Source: the human T2T-CHM13v2.0 reference genome, Homo sapiens
DNA length: 64,000 nucleotides
Strand: one strand, 5' to 3'
Assembly (NCBI RefSeq): GCF_009914755.1
Contig: NC_060941.1
This document shows, one piece after another, positions 1-14,090 of this stretch. Positions within the stretch are counted from its first letter, which is position 1; each line of letters starts with the position of its first letter. The translations under genes were made by a program, and so were the position numbers. The notes below the pieces were generated by a model. It worked only from the letters and a program-made list of their open reading frames with translations, had not been told where the DNA came from and did not search any database.

Positions 1-447
1 AGGCAGTCCCAGAAGCTAACGAAGGAAGTGCTGGTCCTGGAACATTGTGCCTAATGCGCAGCTGGTTACCTCTCCATTATTATTAATGCCGATAATACTA
101 ATAATAGCATCAATGCGGAAAGGAGGAGAGAGCTCTGGGTAAAGAGGCAAGAAAACTGTCCTCTTCGGTCATCCAGTGCCTATCTCCTGTAAGGAGGACA
201 ATTGATCTAGTGATTTCTGCGGTTCTGACACCTGTGTCTATGAATTTATGCGGCTGCTGGGGGGCTGTGTCTCCCCAGAGTGGAGATTTATAACTATTAC
301 AGATACATACGTGTCAACTTTTTCAAATACTGGAAGAGAATGGCAAGGTTTCCACCAACCCATTCCTCCCACTAGAATTTCGAGAATTCACTCATCAACC
401 TCCTATTTGCAAGCCTCCCCTTTATTCTTTCCTTCCACTTTCAATGT

Positions 448-501
448 CCCCCCCCCACCACACACACACACACACCGCACACAATCTCTCTCTCTCTCTC
501 T
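448..501. repeat. Compound microsatellite C9-(CA)n-(TC)n
   Basis: Directly visible C run, CA run 459-475 and TC run 485-501. Confidence 0.9.
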
Positions 502-1104
502 GCACACAAGAGCAAACTGAGGCCCAATGACCAAACTGAGAGGGAAAGCCAGCCCTCTCAATGGAGGGTCCTCTGGCCCCCAGAGTCTGGGAACGGGATT
601 TAGTTCTCTGTTGAGATGGAGAAGGCCAGGGGTCCATTATCAGTCTTGCTTCTGAGACTCCCTGGGAAAGGGGGTTGAAGTTTGGTGGCAGCTGCAAGAA
701 GAAGCTGGCTGCGTATTAAGAGCTCTTAGCTGTGCTCGATGGGGACTACAGGGGGAGGGCCCAGCCCATATTGGTATTTTGAAGGGGGTGATTCATCCTT
801 TTTCTTTAATGCTCTTGGAATGTCAGAGCTAGAGGGGAGCTTGGATTCCAATGTCCACCGCTCAATTTACCGATGAGAAGACTAAGACCTCAGCAGCCAC
901 TTGCTGAAGATCACACAGATTAATACAGTTGAGATTGGCTAGGTGGTGCCTCTCTAGTGAGCCTCATCATGATTCTCTTTTTCTTGTTCTCTTTTTTCTT
1001 TGCTTTTTTTTTTAATTGATGGGAGCGAGTTCTCCCTAAAGTTGACATTATAACAACTGATCATCAGCAAGCGGATCAATCCTTCTGTTGTACCTGTTTA
1101 GCAG

Positions 1105-1297
1105 GTGTTTATTAATGGTTTGTGATGTGCCAAGCGGTGTGTTAGGCCTTTACACTCATTTTCAACTAAGGCCTCTAGTGTCCAAATAAGGAAACTGAAG
1201 CTCAGAGAGTTTAAGCATCTTCCCCAAAGCCTCATAGTAAGTGACACGGTTACAGTTCAAAATCCAAGCTGACACCACCAAAGCCTATGCTTCTTCC
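1105..1297 (-). mobile_element. MIR SINE
   Basis: Reverse MIR core GGAAACTGAAGCTCAGAGAGTTTAAG with flanking MIR-like sequence. Confidence 0.75.
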
Positions 1298-1527
1298 AAA
1301 TAATCTTCCTTCCTTTAAGGACTTGAACACCGATCTTGGGAGACAAAATGCATGCCACGCTGTGAGCTGGTAAGTCTCAAGTCAAGTTCTGTAGGGGTTC
1401 ATGCCTGGTAAGCCACACAAAAAAATATTTGCACACCCTGTTATGTGCCAGCACCCCCCACTTCCTCCCCCACACCCCCACAAGGAAGTTGCAATGCAAT
1501 AGAGGAGATAAGAAATGAAGAACTGGT

Positions 1528-1821
1528 GGCTGGGTGCAGTGGCACACACCTGCAATCTCAGCAATTTGGGAGGCCGAGGCAGGAGGATTGCTTGAGGCCA
1601 GAGTTCAAAATCAGCCTGGGCAACTTCATGTCTACAAAAAATTTAAAAACTAGCCAGGCATGGTGGCACATTCCTGTAGTCCTAGCTACTCAGGAGACTG
1701 AAGCAGGAGGATCTCTTGAGTCCAGGAATTCAAGGCTGCAGTGAGCTGTGACCTGCCTGTGCTCCAGCCTGGGCAACAGAGTGAGGCCCTGTCTCTTAAA
1801 AAAATAAATAAATAAATAAAT
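1528..1821 (+). mobile_element. AluJ SINE
   Basis: Dimeric Alu; J-type GGAGGATTGCTTGAGGCCAG and AAGGCTGCAGTGAGC; (TAAA)n tail; TSD AAGAACTGG on both sides. Confidence 0.95.
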
Positions 1822-1899
1822 AAGAACTGGGTAAGAGATAAAAGAGGAGGTAAAGCATCAAATAAACCTGGGCCGGAAAAAGGAGGGCTCACAGCCAGA

Positions 1900-2262
1900 G
1901 AAGGCATTTGACAGAAGCCTCAAAGAACAGACTGAATGTCAACCCACTGAAGTGAGGATGGAGGAGGAGATGTGAGGATGGAGAAAGCAGTATATATTAA
2001 TATCAGTGAAGACGTGGTGCTGGAAAAGTATGTGTGTGTTTGGGAAATAGCTCAAACAAACTTTAGCATAGGATGGATCCATGCTGAGAAGAGCAAGCAA
2101 TAAGATTTGAAAAGCAGGTTGAAGCCAGATTATGGAGGATGTTGAATGCCAACTAAGGGAATAGTGACAGGAAGCCATTGAGAGTTCTTAAATAGGCAGG
2201 GACCCCCATTAGGGCACTGCTGCAAAATGAATTATTTATTCACTCAATAAATATTTTTGAGC
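1900..2262 (-). mobile_element. L2 LINE fragments
   Basis: L2-like GGATGTTGAATGCCAACTAAGG...GGAAGCCATTGAGAG, and an antisense L2 3' end (ATTCACTCAATAAATATTTTTGAGCAC). Confidence 0.55.
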
Positions 2263-2263
2263 A

Positions 2264-2785
2264 CTGTTCTGGTTATCCATTGGTGTATAACGTGCTACCC
2301 CAAAATGAATAATCTTTAAAAACCATTTTATTTTATTCATGATTCTGTGAGTGAGCAATTTGGGAAGGGATCTGCTGGGCAGTTCATCTCTTATACTCAT
2401 TATGTCAGCTGAGAGCTGGAGGATCCACTTCCAAAATGGCTTCTAGCACCCAGCTGCCAACTAGGAGCTCAGAAGGAATATTGGCCAGAGCCTCTACAAG
2501 GGACTTCTCCATGCGGCTTGGATTTTCCCACAGTCTGGTGGCTCAGGCTAATTGGACCTACATGGTAGCTCATGGCCCTGAGAGAAAGTGTTCCAAGAGG
2601 CCTGAAGGGAAGCTGCAGGGCTTCTTGTGACATAGACTCCAAAAGTCCCAAAATATTGTTTCCACTTCAGCCTACTGGTTAAGCAAGTCTCTAAGACCAG
2701 CCCAGATTCAAGAGGAAGGAAATTAGACATCACCTCTCAATGGGAGGAGTAGCAAATAATTGGCACCCATCTTTAATCTATCTTA
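2264..2785 (-). mobile_element. MaLR solo LTR (MLT1G/H-like)
   Basis: MLT1 motifs GGAGGATCCACTTCCAAAATGGC and CAGCCCAGATTCAAGAGGAAGGAAATTAGAC...CCTCTCAATGGGAGGAG. Confidence 0.8.
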
Positions 2786-2960
2786 TGGTGGGCACTTCTG
2801 AAGTCCAGGTTCTATACTGTATGTCTAGGACACACAAATGAAACGATGCAGTGATTTTCCATTTAAATTTGGTGCCGGTGTCCTGAATAGATTGGAGATG
2901 GGAATAGTGGCTGCCAGGAGATTAGTTAAGGAGAGCCTTGCTATGGTCAAGTAAGAGTCA

Positions 2961-3316
<356 letters not shown>

Positions 3317-5039
3317 TCATTTCTCAGAAGACTAGAGAGGACCTGGTCACTGACTGGGTGCGAGGCTGAGGAACAGATTTTAAAGGACCCCTGATGCTTC
3401 AGGCCTGCAATGGACCATGCACAGAAGAGGAATTTCAGATGTAGGAGTTCTGTCCCTCCTTTACCCCCAACCCACACATACACAGGACATTGAGACTAAG
3501 AGATAGCTAGACCCTCGTGTGGCCATTCATATAAGTCCCTGACATAGTGCTTGACATAGTAAGTCTTCACTAAATACTAGGTAAAGAAATATGGACTGAT
3601 TTGGGGGTCCACAGGGTGTCATGCTAGGTCATTGAGCAAAGGATGAGGTGGGAAGACTTTCTGGATTAAAACTATATAAAAACGAACAAACAAACAAACA
3701 AAACTATTAGAAAGGTAAAACTCCAGACTGGAAGTCCACGTAAGAGATTGCATCTAATCCTGAAGGACAGATAATCAGGAAGAAGAGATAAAAGGACAAA
3801 ACTGACAGATGATTTAAAGGAAAACAGAAGTTGGATCCAGCTTGCATTTTTGTATGAAGCAATAATTTGCTGCAGCTGAAAAGAAATGGCCCCCTTTGAA
3901 TAGGGTGTGCCCTCTTTGTTTTGCCACAGCCTCCACCTCTCTCTATTGCATACTTCAGTCATTATATCACCTACCATGACCTTTGTAGACATTTGCAATT
4001 GGGACTTCTGGATTAGATATAGTGAGGAGACTGCAAATTTTTATTCTTTTGAAATAAGAGAAAAGGGGGCCCCAAAAGAAACCATATACAGAATTTTAAA
4101 AATAGATTCAAATTTTGAGGGAAAGAGGATAGAATCACAATATTTAAGCTGGGGTGTCCTTAAAGTTCTTTACCCATTAATTTGACTGCAGAAACTAAGG
4201 CTTATCAAGGCCAATTGACTTGTCTCAGTTTTATTTACTTTGGAACAGAAATGGCACCAGAAGCAATGTTTCCAGATTTTCAGTTCAACCCTCCCTTTAT
4301 AGTTGTTATAGGTTTAAACAGCATTAGAATTTAAAAAGCACTTTCACATGCATAATTTTATGTAAAATGAGGCATGAGAACTCCCAAGGATAGGAAATAG
4401 GCTTGTCTAATATCCCCAGAGCCTAGCACAGGGCCTGGCCCATAGCAGCACTTAACAAACATTAACTGCAGGAATAAATGCACATAGGTTCATTTTACAG
4501 ATAAGAAAACTGAAGCTCAGAGAAGTTCAGTTAAGGACAGATGGTCACAGAGTTCATTCCTGTTGCTGGAGGCAGGAGGAGCTGGTGCCATCAGCACTGG
4601 GAGATCCAGCAGCTGCTATTTCTCTATGGTCAGGGTTGAGCTCCAGAAACCAACCACACATCTGCAGATTGCCCAGTAAGTCTATGCAACAAAAGGAAGA
4701 TGGTGGGAGTCTACACCTGCCAAACAAAACAGGCCTTATAGTCGCTGTTTTTGTCAGCGTCTTCCCACCCAGTGTTGTAAAGGACTCCTGACTGGTGTTC
4801 AACTTATTCAATTGAGGGGAAAAAAAATTGTTAAGCAAGGAGACCTCCCCTCATTTTGCAGACGCAGAGACTTGCAAAACAGGAAGCCTAAGGGACTCGC
4901 CCAAGATCAAACAGCTCGTCGGTGGTGGAGCCAAGATTCAGACAGCTCTAGCTCTAGCACTAGCACTCTGCTGGGCTGTTGGGAGAGGCAGAGGGTTTAG
5001 TGCTCCCTGAGTTCATAATCCCAGCCACTCTCCCTGATT

Positions 5040-5580
5040 CCCTGCTCACCCCAGCTCCAATCCATTCTCCACGCTGTAGCCCGAGTGACCTTAAGACACA
5101 CATGTGGTCTTGTCACTCCCCTGCTTAAAACCTCTCAATGGCTTCCCATTGCTTTGAGAATAAAAGCCAGGATCCTTACCAAGTTGAGGCCCTCTCTCCC
5201 CTGGGTCTGGGCTCAGCCTTCTTTTCAGGTCCCCTCACATGCCAAGTTCCCCACTGCTTCAGGGCCTTTGCACATGCCCCACCTTCAGTCTGGGGTAATT
5301 CCTCTGCCACCAGCTCCCCTAAATGTCACCCTGTCCTTCAGATCAGTCTTAGGGGAAGCATATCGGGTCCCCTCTGATGCATGATCTCTCAGCTCTCTGT
5401 GCTTTTTCTTCATAGGCCGTATTATGGTTTGTAGTTGGAATGCACAATTTACAATTATTTGTGTGCCTTCTCTCTCCGAATACATGGATCACCTGTCTCC
5501 ATTGTACTCATTATGATATCCCTGATCACTGGTGCTGTTTGGGGCACATGTAGACAATATATAGAGAGAGATAAATGAAT
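5040..5580 (+). mobile_element. L2 LINE 3' region
   Basis: CACTCCCCTGCTTAAAACCTCTCAATGGCTTCCCATTGC and AGGGCCTTTGCACATGC are characteristic L2 3' motifs. Confidence 0.8.
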
Positions 5581-6099
5581 ACACTGTATAAAAGAAAAAA
5601 TATTAATTAATTACCTTCCTGGTATAAGCCAGGTTCTATCTGGGGCTCCAAGCATACCAAGAGTTCAGAGTCCAGCTGCTGTTAAATAGTGATCCAGAGG
5701 GAATTTAAGAATGTGCCCACATGTGAAATGCAGGGCAGGGAGCAGAAGACCCTAAAGTGACTATCAGTTCTGGGGATTACAGGAACTCCCAGGTTACTGA
5801 ACCCGAAACCCCCCGTCTCCTTCAATAGGCGGAGAGGGAGAGCTGAGTTGCCAGATAAACCCTTTTAGCCAATCAAGAACCCTCCCAGTCAGAGAGAGTC
5901 CAAGCTTCCCCATCAGAAGCTAGATAGCACTGAATGATTTCATAGAGAAAATTCTAAGAAGACTCCAGGGAATGGGCAGAAGAATCACCTGCCCCCACAT
6001 CTGAAATCCTTTAAAAATGGGAGAAATTGCCTTATCTGCTATACAGTTAAAACTTGATCTTTCCTGCCCAGGGAATAATAAAATTAAGCAATGACTAAC

Positions 6100-6445
6100 T
6101 CACGTCTAATGCTTTACAGTTGACAAACCACTTTCACATCTGTTATCTCTTTCAAACCCACACAACAGCTCATGGCTAGAATTTGGATTATCATTTGAAA
6201 GATAAGGAAACTGAGACATGAAGAGTAACTTGCCCGTGAGGCAAAAACCTTTCTGCGGAGAGGGAGCTTGATAATATGGAGGAAAACAAAACAGAACACC
6301 TTGGACTTTGGAGTGAGAACCGCCTGGGTTTGAATCCTGGCTCTATTAACTGTGGACCTTGGTTAAGGCACCTGATCTCCTGAGACTGTTTCTCCATACC
6401 TAAAATGGGCATAATGACACCTATCTTACCAGGCTATTGGGATGT
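6100..6445. mobile_element. Two adjacent MIRs in opposite orientations
   Basis: Reverse core GATAAGGAAACTGAGAC (~6200); forward CCTGGGTTTGAATCCTGGCTCT...AAAATGGGCATAATGACACC (6320-6430). Confidence 0.7.
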
Positions 6446-7479
6446 TCTAGTATCTTCCAAACGTGTAGCCCCTGCCCAGCCAATGATGGTTTCCTCCTCT
6501 CTCCCAATTCCAAGGCCTGTGCTGCGCTCTTCTCCATCGGAATGTATTGCTACCTTTTTTTCAGGTGACAAAGGCTTTTAATTTAGCTCCAGTTATTTTT
6601 TTGGTGGCGGTTGTTGTTGTTGTTGTTCTTTTAAATTATAAGACAAAGAATGGGTGAGGATGGGAAAACCAATGACCAAAGGCAAAGCTGAGAGAAAAGA
6701 CAAAAAGTTAAATCAGGATGGGAGGAAACTGGGAAAACAGAGAGTTGGTTTTACGTGAGCAAAGGCAGGAATCCAGCCTAGGGAAACTAGCCCTAATTTG
6801 CTCTAAATCTAAAAATTCTTCATTTCTAGTGATTGGCTCTTTACTGGAAATATGCAGAAGTGACTCCCTCCCAGAAACAGCCTTGACTGGTGTCATTCCA
6901 GCCTCACTTCAAGGGCAGAGACCTGGTTGTCAGTGAGATCATCACAGCCACAGAGGACCAAGGGCCCCAAGAGAGTCAACATGCAATGACAGCAATGCAG
7001 TGCCTTAAAGGACATCTGTCTACCCATGACTACCACAGTGGAGAATGAGGAAATTGAGACCCATAGAGGAAAAGTGACCTAGTCAATATCAAACCTCAAG
7101 TTAGAGACCAAGGGTAATGGAGAAACTTTGATGAGAGTATGGGCTGCTGGTAACTAACTTGTGGACTCAAGGGCCTCACACCCTCAAGGTCGGACAACTT
7201 CCCCAAAATGTCACATTCTGAGACAGGTTAACCAAGGGCTTGGGCCTCTGCTGCTGTTTCCTCTTCCTTTCAAAGGCAAGCACCATGGATAGGCCTGCTC
7301 TGCAGCTCCAACCCCTGGGGTCCCCAGGGTCATGCTCAGTGCAATTCTTCTTTCTGGCTGGACACTTGGAGCTTGATGTTCCCCAGAGTTCTGGTCAGGC
7401 TCTTCCCATCTCTTTGCCTGAAAAGAAACTCAGGGCCTTCCACAGTGGGAGCCATCACCACTGGATGGCCAGCACCCAA

Positions 7480-8260
7480 ATCTCACCCCCGAGGCAGATG
7501 TCTCTCCTGAGTTCCACACTTGCAGAGCCAACTGCCTCCTGGACTTCACCACATCAAATACGTTTTCAAAGTTGAATCCTAACCCTATCCCCAAACCTTC
7601 TGATCTGTTTTCAGTTTTCTTATTCTTGAGTAATGGCCCCACTGTTCACCCAGGTATACAGACTGAAAAAAATAAAAAATCTCTGGTCTTTCATCCTTGT
7701 CAGCATCCTTTTATCACAAACAAAGTATCCGCCAATAGCTCCTAAATTGTCTGTCAGTCCATCTTCCATCCTCGCCCTCAGGCCTCTGTCCTCTTTTGCC
7801 TTGGCCTTTGAGCCTGATAGTCCATGTCTTCACCTCCAGCCTTGCCCCAGCTTCAACATTGCCACTTGAGTGGCCATTTCCCTAACACACACTCCAAACT
7901 TTCAGTGTCTCCCCTTTTCTATAAAACCCTGGCTAAGTTCCTTAGCATGGCACCAAAACCCTTTACAATCTATGACCCCAATTTACCTACCACTATAATC
8001 TGCCACTATTTTCTGCTCCACCCACCCCCACCAACAAGCCACACCAACTTACTCATGGCTGCCCAAACTTGCCAACCCTTTGATGCTTCTGAGCTTTTAT
8101 TCACACTATTTGCTCTCCCTGAAAGACCTCCTGCCCCACCCTTGCTTGCCCCATCACCCCAAACCAGGGGAGACCTACTCATACTTCAGGGCCCAGCTTC
8201 ATGGCACCTCCTCAACCCTTGGCCAGGGTGGAATTAATCAAGCAATGCTTTCCTCCCACA
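7480..8260 (+). mobile_element. L2 LINE fragment
   Basis: Pyrimidine-rich, with L2-like CCAACTGCCTCCTGGAC and CTAAGTTCCTTAGCATGGCAC motifs. Confidence 0.6.
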
Positions 8261-8271
8261 GTACTGGTCAC

Positions 8272-8495
8272 TAATAATAATACGAATAGATATGAACTGC
8301 CCACATGTGATGAGCACTGTCCTCGGTACTTTATGTACATTGTATCACTTAAACTTCAACAGTAATCCTATGTGGTATTACTCTTACTATGTAATAGATT
8401 CACAGAGATTGTGTGACTTACCCAAAGACTCCTAATTAGTTAATGGCAAAGCCAGGACTCAAAACCAGGATTCAAAAGCCATGCTCTTTCCAACC
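8272..8495 (-). mobile_element. MIR SINE
   Basis: Antisense MIR: GACTTACCCAAAGAC...AATGGCAAAGCCAGGACTC...AAAGCCATGCTCTTTCC. Confidence 0.7.
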
Positions 8496-9305
8496 TTGAA
8501 TACTTTTTCCCATTACAGTGTGTCCAGCACTTATAACTTTGCACTACCTGTGTATGGAACCATATCTGGCTACCTCTGGGTTTCAAAGCCCTTTGAGGCA
8601 GCTACTGTTTTTGATTATAATTTGTAACCATATTATCCAAAATAGTGCCTGTAGATAGTAGGCGTTTAATAAATGTGTGGTAAATCAGGAACTCAGTGAC
8701 TAGATATGAGAAGGGGCTCCAGTTTTTTCTTTTAAAATTAAATCCAAATACAATGGTTTGTTTGTTTCATGAACATCAGTTAATTTCAACTTTAACTTAA
8801 GGAGACCTTTTGAAGACATAGGTAACGTGGGGTTGTTAAAAGCAGGGACTTTGAAGTTGGACCTAAGCTCTAGGCTCTATCCCATCCCAGCTGTGTGACT
8901 GATAATATTAATTCCATTGTAAGCTCTAAAACCCTGAACAAACACAAGCCATTGTTATTAATAATACGTGCTTCTCCAAAGAGGACTCAAGCTGTTTCCT
9001 CTGAGACAGAGAGGGAAAGTGGAGGCAGATAACCCTGGAGATCATTGGACTCTTGTTTGGAAAAGCCTGTGAATACCAGGGAGGGATGCCTTTCCATAGT
9101 CACTACTGTCCCAGAAGGAGCAGGTTCAGCAAAAGCTGGAATAATGAGGAATTGTGACCTATTTGTACCCAGAGAAGCTGGGGGTGAAGTCATAGAAGAA
9201 TAGAGCCAAGGGGACATGAGAGCAAAGTGGTTGCCATTTGTCCCAGTCATTGCTTCATTACAGGTAAGGAAATCAAGACCCAGAGAGGTGCACAGACTTG
9301 TCTAA

Positions 9306-9714
<409 letters not shown>

Positions 9715-10034
9715 TTAAAATCACTCTTTTAAAATGCTCTATATGATTCTCTTCTTTCTTGGTTCCCAAATGAAGCATTTCTTTAAAGAATGTGCCGATT
9801 AGACCTCCACTGTACCACAAATGTCAGAGAGACATCTGTCATCTCCAAAGCCCTGAAAGCTGTGAGAGGAGCCCAGAAGGCATTGAAAGAACCAGTACTC
9901 TGCAGGTTCCTAGGACCAACACCTTCTCCTTGCAGGCCAGACGGCAGTTTGGCTGTCAAAGACAGGATGTTGTCACTCCTACCCTTAAACATTTCCAAGG
10001 ATACAACCTTCCTGAGGCTGGGAAATCAGTCTAG

Positions 10035-10403
<369 letters not shown>

Positions 10404-10607
10404 TGAAATAAGAGACATCTAGATTGACAGCCCACTCATAACCTAGCCATGATCTCATCAGTCCTTCTCCTCCCTGACAGTGGCAAAACCAAGGTACTGT
10501 GATCCTTTCATCCATCTGTTAAGCACTTACCCCATGGCAGGTATTGTATAGTGTCAACAAATGAGAAACCCCCTCCTTTCCAGCTGTTTGTCCATGGGCA
10601 CAATCGA

Positions 10608-10960
10608 TAATAGCAACTATCATTTATTGGGCACTTATGATGTGTCGGGCACTTATGATGTGTCAGGCACTGAGCTAAGCATGTCTCAACTCACCCTTCA
10701 CCATGCTGGTGGTGGTGCTACCAATTACAGATGAGGAAACTGAGACACAGCAGAGATCAAAGGTTACACAGCCAGTGATTGGTAGATTTGGGATGTACTC
10801 AAGCATTCTGACTTCACAGCCTATACCCTTAGCCTCCTTAACCTCCTCATCTATGCAATAGCAGTAACATTATTTATCTTACAAGGTTACTGCAAGGATA
10901 AAGGCAGGTAAGAAATGTAAGTGCCTGGCACAATGTCTGCCACATGTGGGCACTTAAGAA
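10608..10960. mobile_element. MIR fragments (minus, then plus)
   Basis: TTACAGATGAGGAAACTGAGACACAG (minus); CCTCATCTATGCAAT...GTGCCTGGCACA (plus). Confidence 0.7.
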
Positions 10961-11565
10961 ATATATTCTCTGTCCCCTGTTGGGGCTGGGACCACGAATA
11001 AGAAACAAGAAGGGGAGAGACAGAGGCCAAGTTTCTGGGGCCTGTTCTGACTATGGAGTATCGTATAGGGGCGGATCACTAATATAGTATCTGGAAATGC
11101 TAATCCACCTTTGATAATGCCAATCTAATTGTTAAAATATCAGGCCTCCTCCTCAATGAACACCTTTCCTTTTTCTCTGGTTCTCATACACAAGTGTGCA
11201 AGCATGCAGGAGCACACACGTGGCCACATCAATATACACACTATAGCTTTTTTTTTCTTCTGCTGCTGTCTTTGCTTCCCTGAATTTGGTATCCATAGCA
11301 ACGCATCCCAGCAGCAATGAAGAGGTGACACAGTTGCTGTTTCCCTCACACCCCTATTTTGCTGATCAAGGCTGCCCATCTAACTTAAAAGTGTTGCTCA
11401 GAGGGCCGGGCTGGCCTTGCCCAAAGGCAAGAGGACATTTTCCCAAAAGAGAGGGGCAAAGGTAAAGAGGATGTAGAATCTCCACTTAAACAAACAAACA
11501 AACGCAACAAAACTCTTTCTAGGATGGAGACAGAGCAAAAGAATCAAAGCCCTTGAAGGTGCTAC

Positions 11566-11699
11566 CTGAGTAGCTGGGATTACAGGAGTTGGCCACCACG
11601 CCTGGCTAATTTTTGTCTTTTTAGTAGTGATGGGGTTTCACCACGTTGGTCAGGCTCGTCTCAAACTCCTGGCCTCAAGTGATCCACCCACCTTGGCCT
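11566..11699 (-). mobile_element. Internal Alu fragment, truncated at both ends
   Basis: GAGTAGCTGGGATTACAGG...CTCAAGTGATCCACCCACCTTGGCCT with no tail and no 5' end. Confidence 0.9.
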
Positions 11700-11931
11700 T
11701 TTCCATGCATGGGTGCCACTGAGGAGCTCTTGCCCCAGTAGTATGCTATGACTAAGGGAAACCAGCTATTTCTAGCATTTTTGGCTGGTGGGCTTCCCTG
11801 GATAAAAAATCTGAGCCCAGTCCCTGTAAATCTGGAATCGTAGAATCCGCTCCATGCACCAGCTATCAGATATTGACCCTCCCAGCTCATGTGGTTCCTT
11901 CTTATGTAAGACAGGTCAGTAATAGTCATTC

Positions 11932-12263
11932 TTTTTATTTTGGTTTCGTTTCGTTTGGTTTCAATTCGTTTGGTTTTGGTGTGTTTGGGTTTCTCATTCT
12001 GTTGCCCATGCTGGAGTCCAGTGGCTTGACCTAGGCTCATTGTAACCTCCACCCCCAGGTTCAAGTGATTTTCATGCCTCAGCCACCCAAGTAGCTGGGA
12101 TTACAGGCCTGCACCACCACGCCTGGCTAAATTTTGTATTTTTAGTACAGATGGGTTTTTGCCATGTTGGCCAGGTTGGTCTCAAACTCCTGGCCTCAAG
12201 TAATCCACCTGCCTCAGCCTCCCAAATTGCTGGGATTACAGGAGGGAGCCACTGCACCCAGCC
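11932..12263 (-). mobile_element. Alu (Sz/J-like) with degenerate (TTTCG/TTTGG)n tail
   Basis: Dimeric antisense Alu; imperfect TSD TAATAG[T/C]CATTC. Confidence 0.95.
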
Positions 12264-12799
12264 AATAATAGCCATTCCTTACAGTTATCCTGAGCATGTG
12301 GGTGCACAAAGCACATTATACATAGCATCTCAATTGATCTCATCAACCAAAAGAGAGCCTTATTATCACTGCCATTTTTTTGAGATGAGGAAACTGAGTA
12401 TCCAAGTGGTCCAAGATTATTCTTCCCAGAAAATACCAATCAGCTGTTCACAACCTCTTCATCTGATTTCAAATCTGGTTTCTTGACCACTGTGCTACAG
12501 TCAATCCTGTTCCAAAGCCATCACTTACATTTAACACCATATTACAATGGGGTAATATTATGCCAGTGAAATTGATGCAGGAACTATATCGTTTAGAATT
12601 TGAGGGGACCTTAAAGATTATGTAATGCAGTTATCCTTCCTTCTCCATTTCACACTGGAGGAAGTCAAGACTTACATCATGCACACAACATAGTAGCTAC
12701 ACAATACCTATCCATTGAAGTCCAAAGAGGGCAAGCGATATGCTCAAGACCACACAGCTAGTAAGACGGTGAGATTAAAACTCCAGTTTAAGTGCTGGA

Positions 12800-13480
12800 G
12801 CCACAGAGATACATCAGAAATGGTCCTTGATCTTAAGGTGGACAAGTATTGCTATGTCAACTGTTGGTCCAGCCCAGGAGCTTCAACAAGTTGAAGGATG
12901 AGTAAGAGTGAGCTGGGCAAAATGGGGAGGCAGAGAAGAAAAGAGGCACTCCTGAAAGGGAGACTGGCATGACCATAGGCATGGAGATCTAAAATAGATT
13001 GGTGTGTACTGGGAATGCTGCACAATTCAAGGCCCCTGCAGCATAGAACAGGAGCCTGAGAATGGTGGACAAATAAAAACTAGAGTAGAAGTCAAGGGCC
13101 ATGCAATGGAGGGCCTTGTAATCCATGTTCAGGATTTTGACTTTACTTGCAAGGCCACTGGAAGTTATTAAAGTGCTCTAGTTCATGGGAGAGGACTTTC
13201 ATGTAGATCATTGAAGCGTTCATGTGAAGTCATGAAAAAGCTCTGTATGTCATTGTAGAGGGTAAATCAGCAGCAGGGAAGAGACAAATAAGCAAAACTC
13301 TTCAATGCCTGGGTTCAAGATTGGGTGGTTCTTTATCATGGAAGGATTTAGATGGAGAGGTAGTAATTGATGAAAGAACTTAGGAGCTAAAATTGGCAGG
13401 ACTTGGTTAGACTGACAGGACTTGATTAGATACAGAAGATAAACAGAAGGGAGGAGTCAAGGATAGCTCCAATGTTCTTT
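12800..13480 (-). mobile_element. L2 LINE fragment
   Basis: GAGGGCCTTGTAATCCATGTTCAGGATTTTGACTTTACT and CAGGACTTGGTTAGA...GAAGGGAGGAGTCAAGGAT, typical antisense L2. Confidence 0.7.
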
Positions 13481-13764
13481 CCATTGCATAATGACTACTG
13501 TCTGGAGCGTTCCCAGTCCAATACAAAGGTATCTAAATCTGTATAATTATCTTGAGGCTGCTTGGAGACCACAGACTTGGGACAAAAAGAACAGCCTGGT
13601 ACCAGTCAAACGGCTCTGCTACCAATAGGAAAAGTGCTGTCAGGACTGTTATTTAATTTGGGGCCTTGATTCCCTCATCTGAAATAGAGAGTTGGCCTGG
13701 ACCATCTCTCCAGTGTCTTCTAGCCCTATTACCTTCCTAATGCAATTGTTATGAAAATCAAATT

Positions 13765-14090
13765 CATTTGTTCATACAGCATTATCCATTAGGCACCTTC
13801 CATGTGCCTAGCTTTGTGCTAGACTCTGGGAGTTCAAAGGCAAATAGACCCAACCCCAGCTCTCATGGAGAGAAGAAGTGAAGATACAGACAAATATGCA
13901 ATTGCAACATGAGCTGCAGGATTAGAAGGTGTTCAGAAGGGCTCTTCGCTCAGGTTGGTGGTAGAGTGGATCGGGAACTGAGAATAAAAGATCTAAATTG
14001 ATATTGAAGGATAAACAGTTGGTCTGGCAAAGAGAGAGGAGAGATGTTCCAGCAGTAACAACATTGTACAAAGGTCAAAAAGTAAGAGAG
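13765..14090 (-). mobile_element. L2 LINE 3' end
   Basis: GCACCTTCCATGTGCCTAGCTTTGTGCTAGACTCTGGGA. Confidence 0.65.

Noticed and set aside
3650-4020. Short similarity GACT(T)TCTGGATTA at ~3656 and ~4003
   Set aside because: Only ~14 bp with a gap; compatible with chance
6550-7235. Splice-like signals (TTTTTTTCAG/G at ~6564, CAG/GTTAA at ~7226) suggesting exons
   Set aside because: Such motifs are frequent by chance; no coherent ORF or transcript evidence is available from sequence alone
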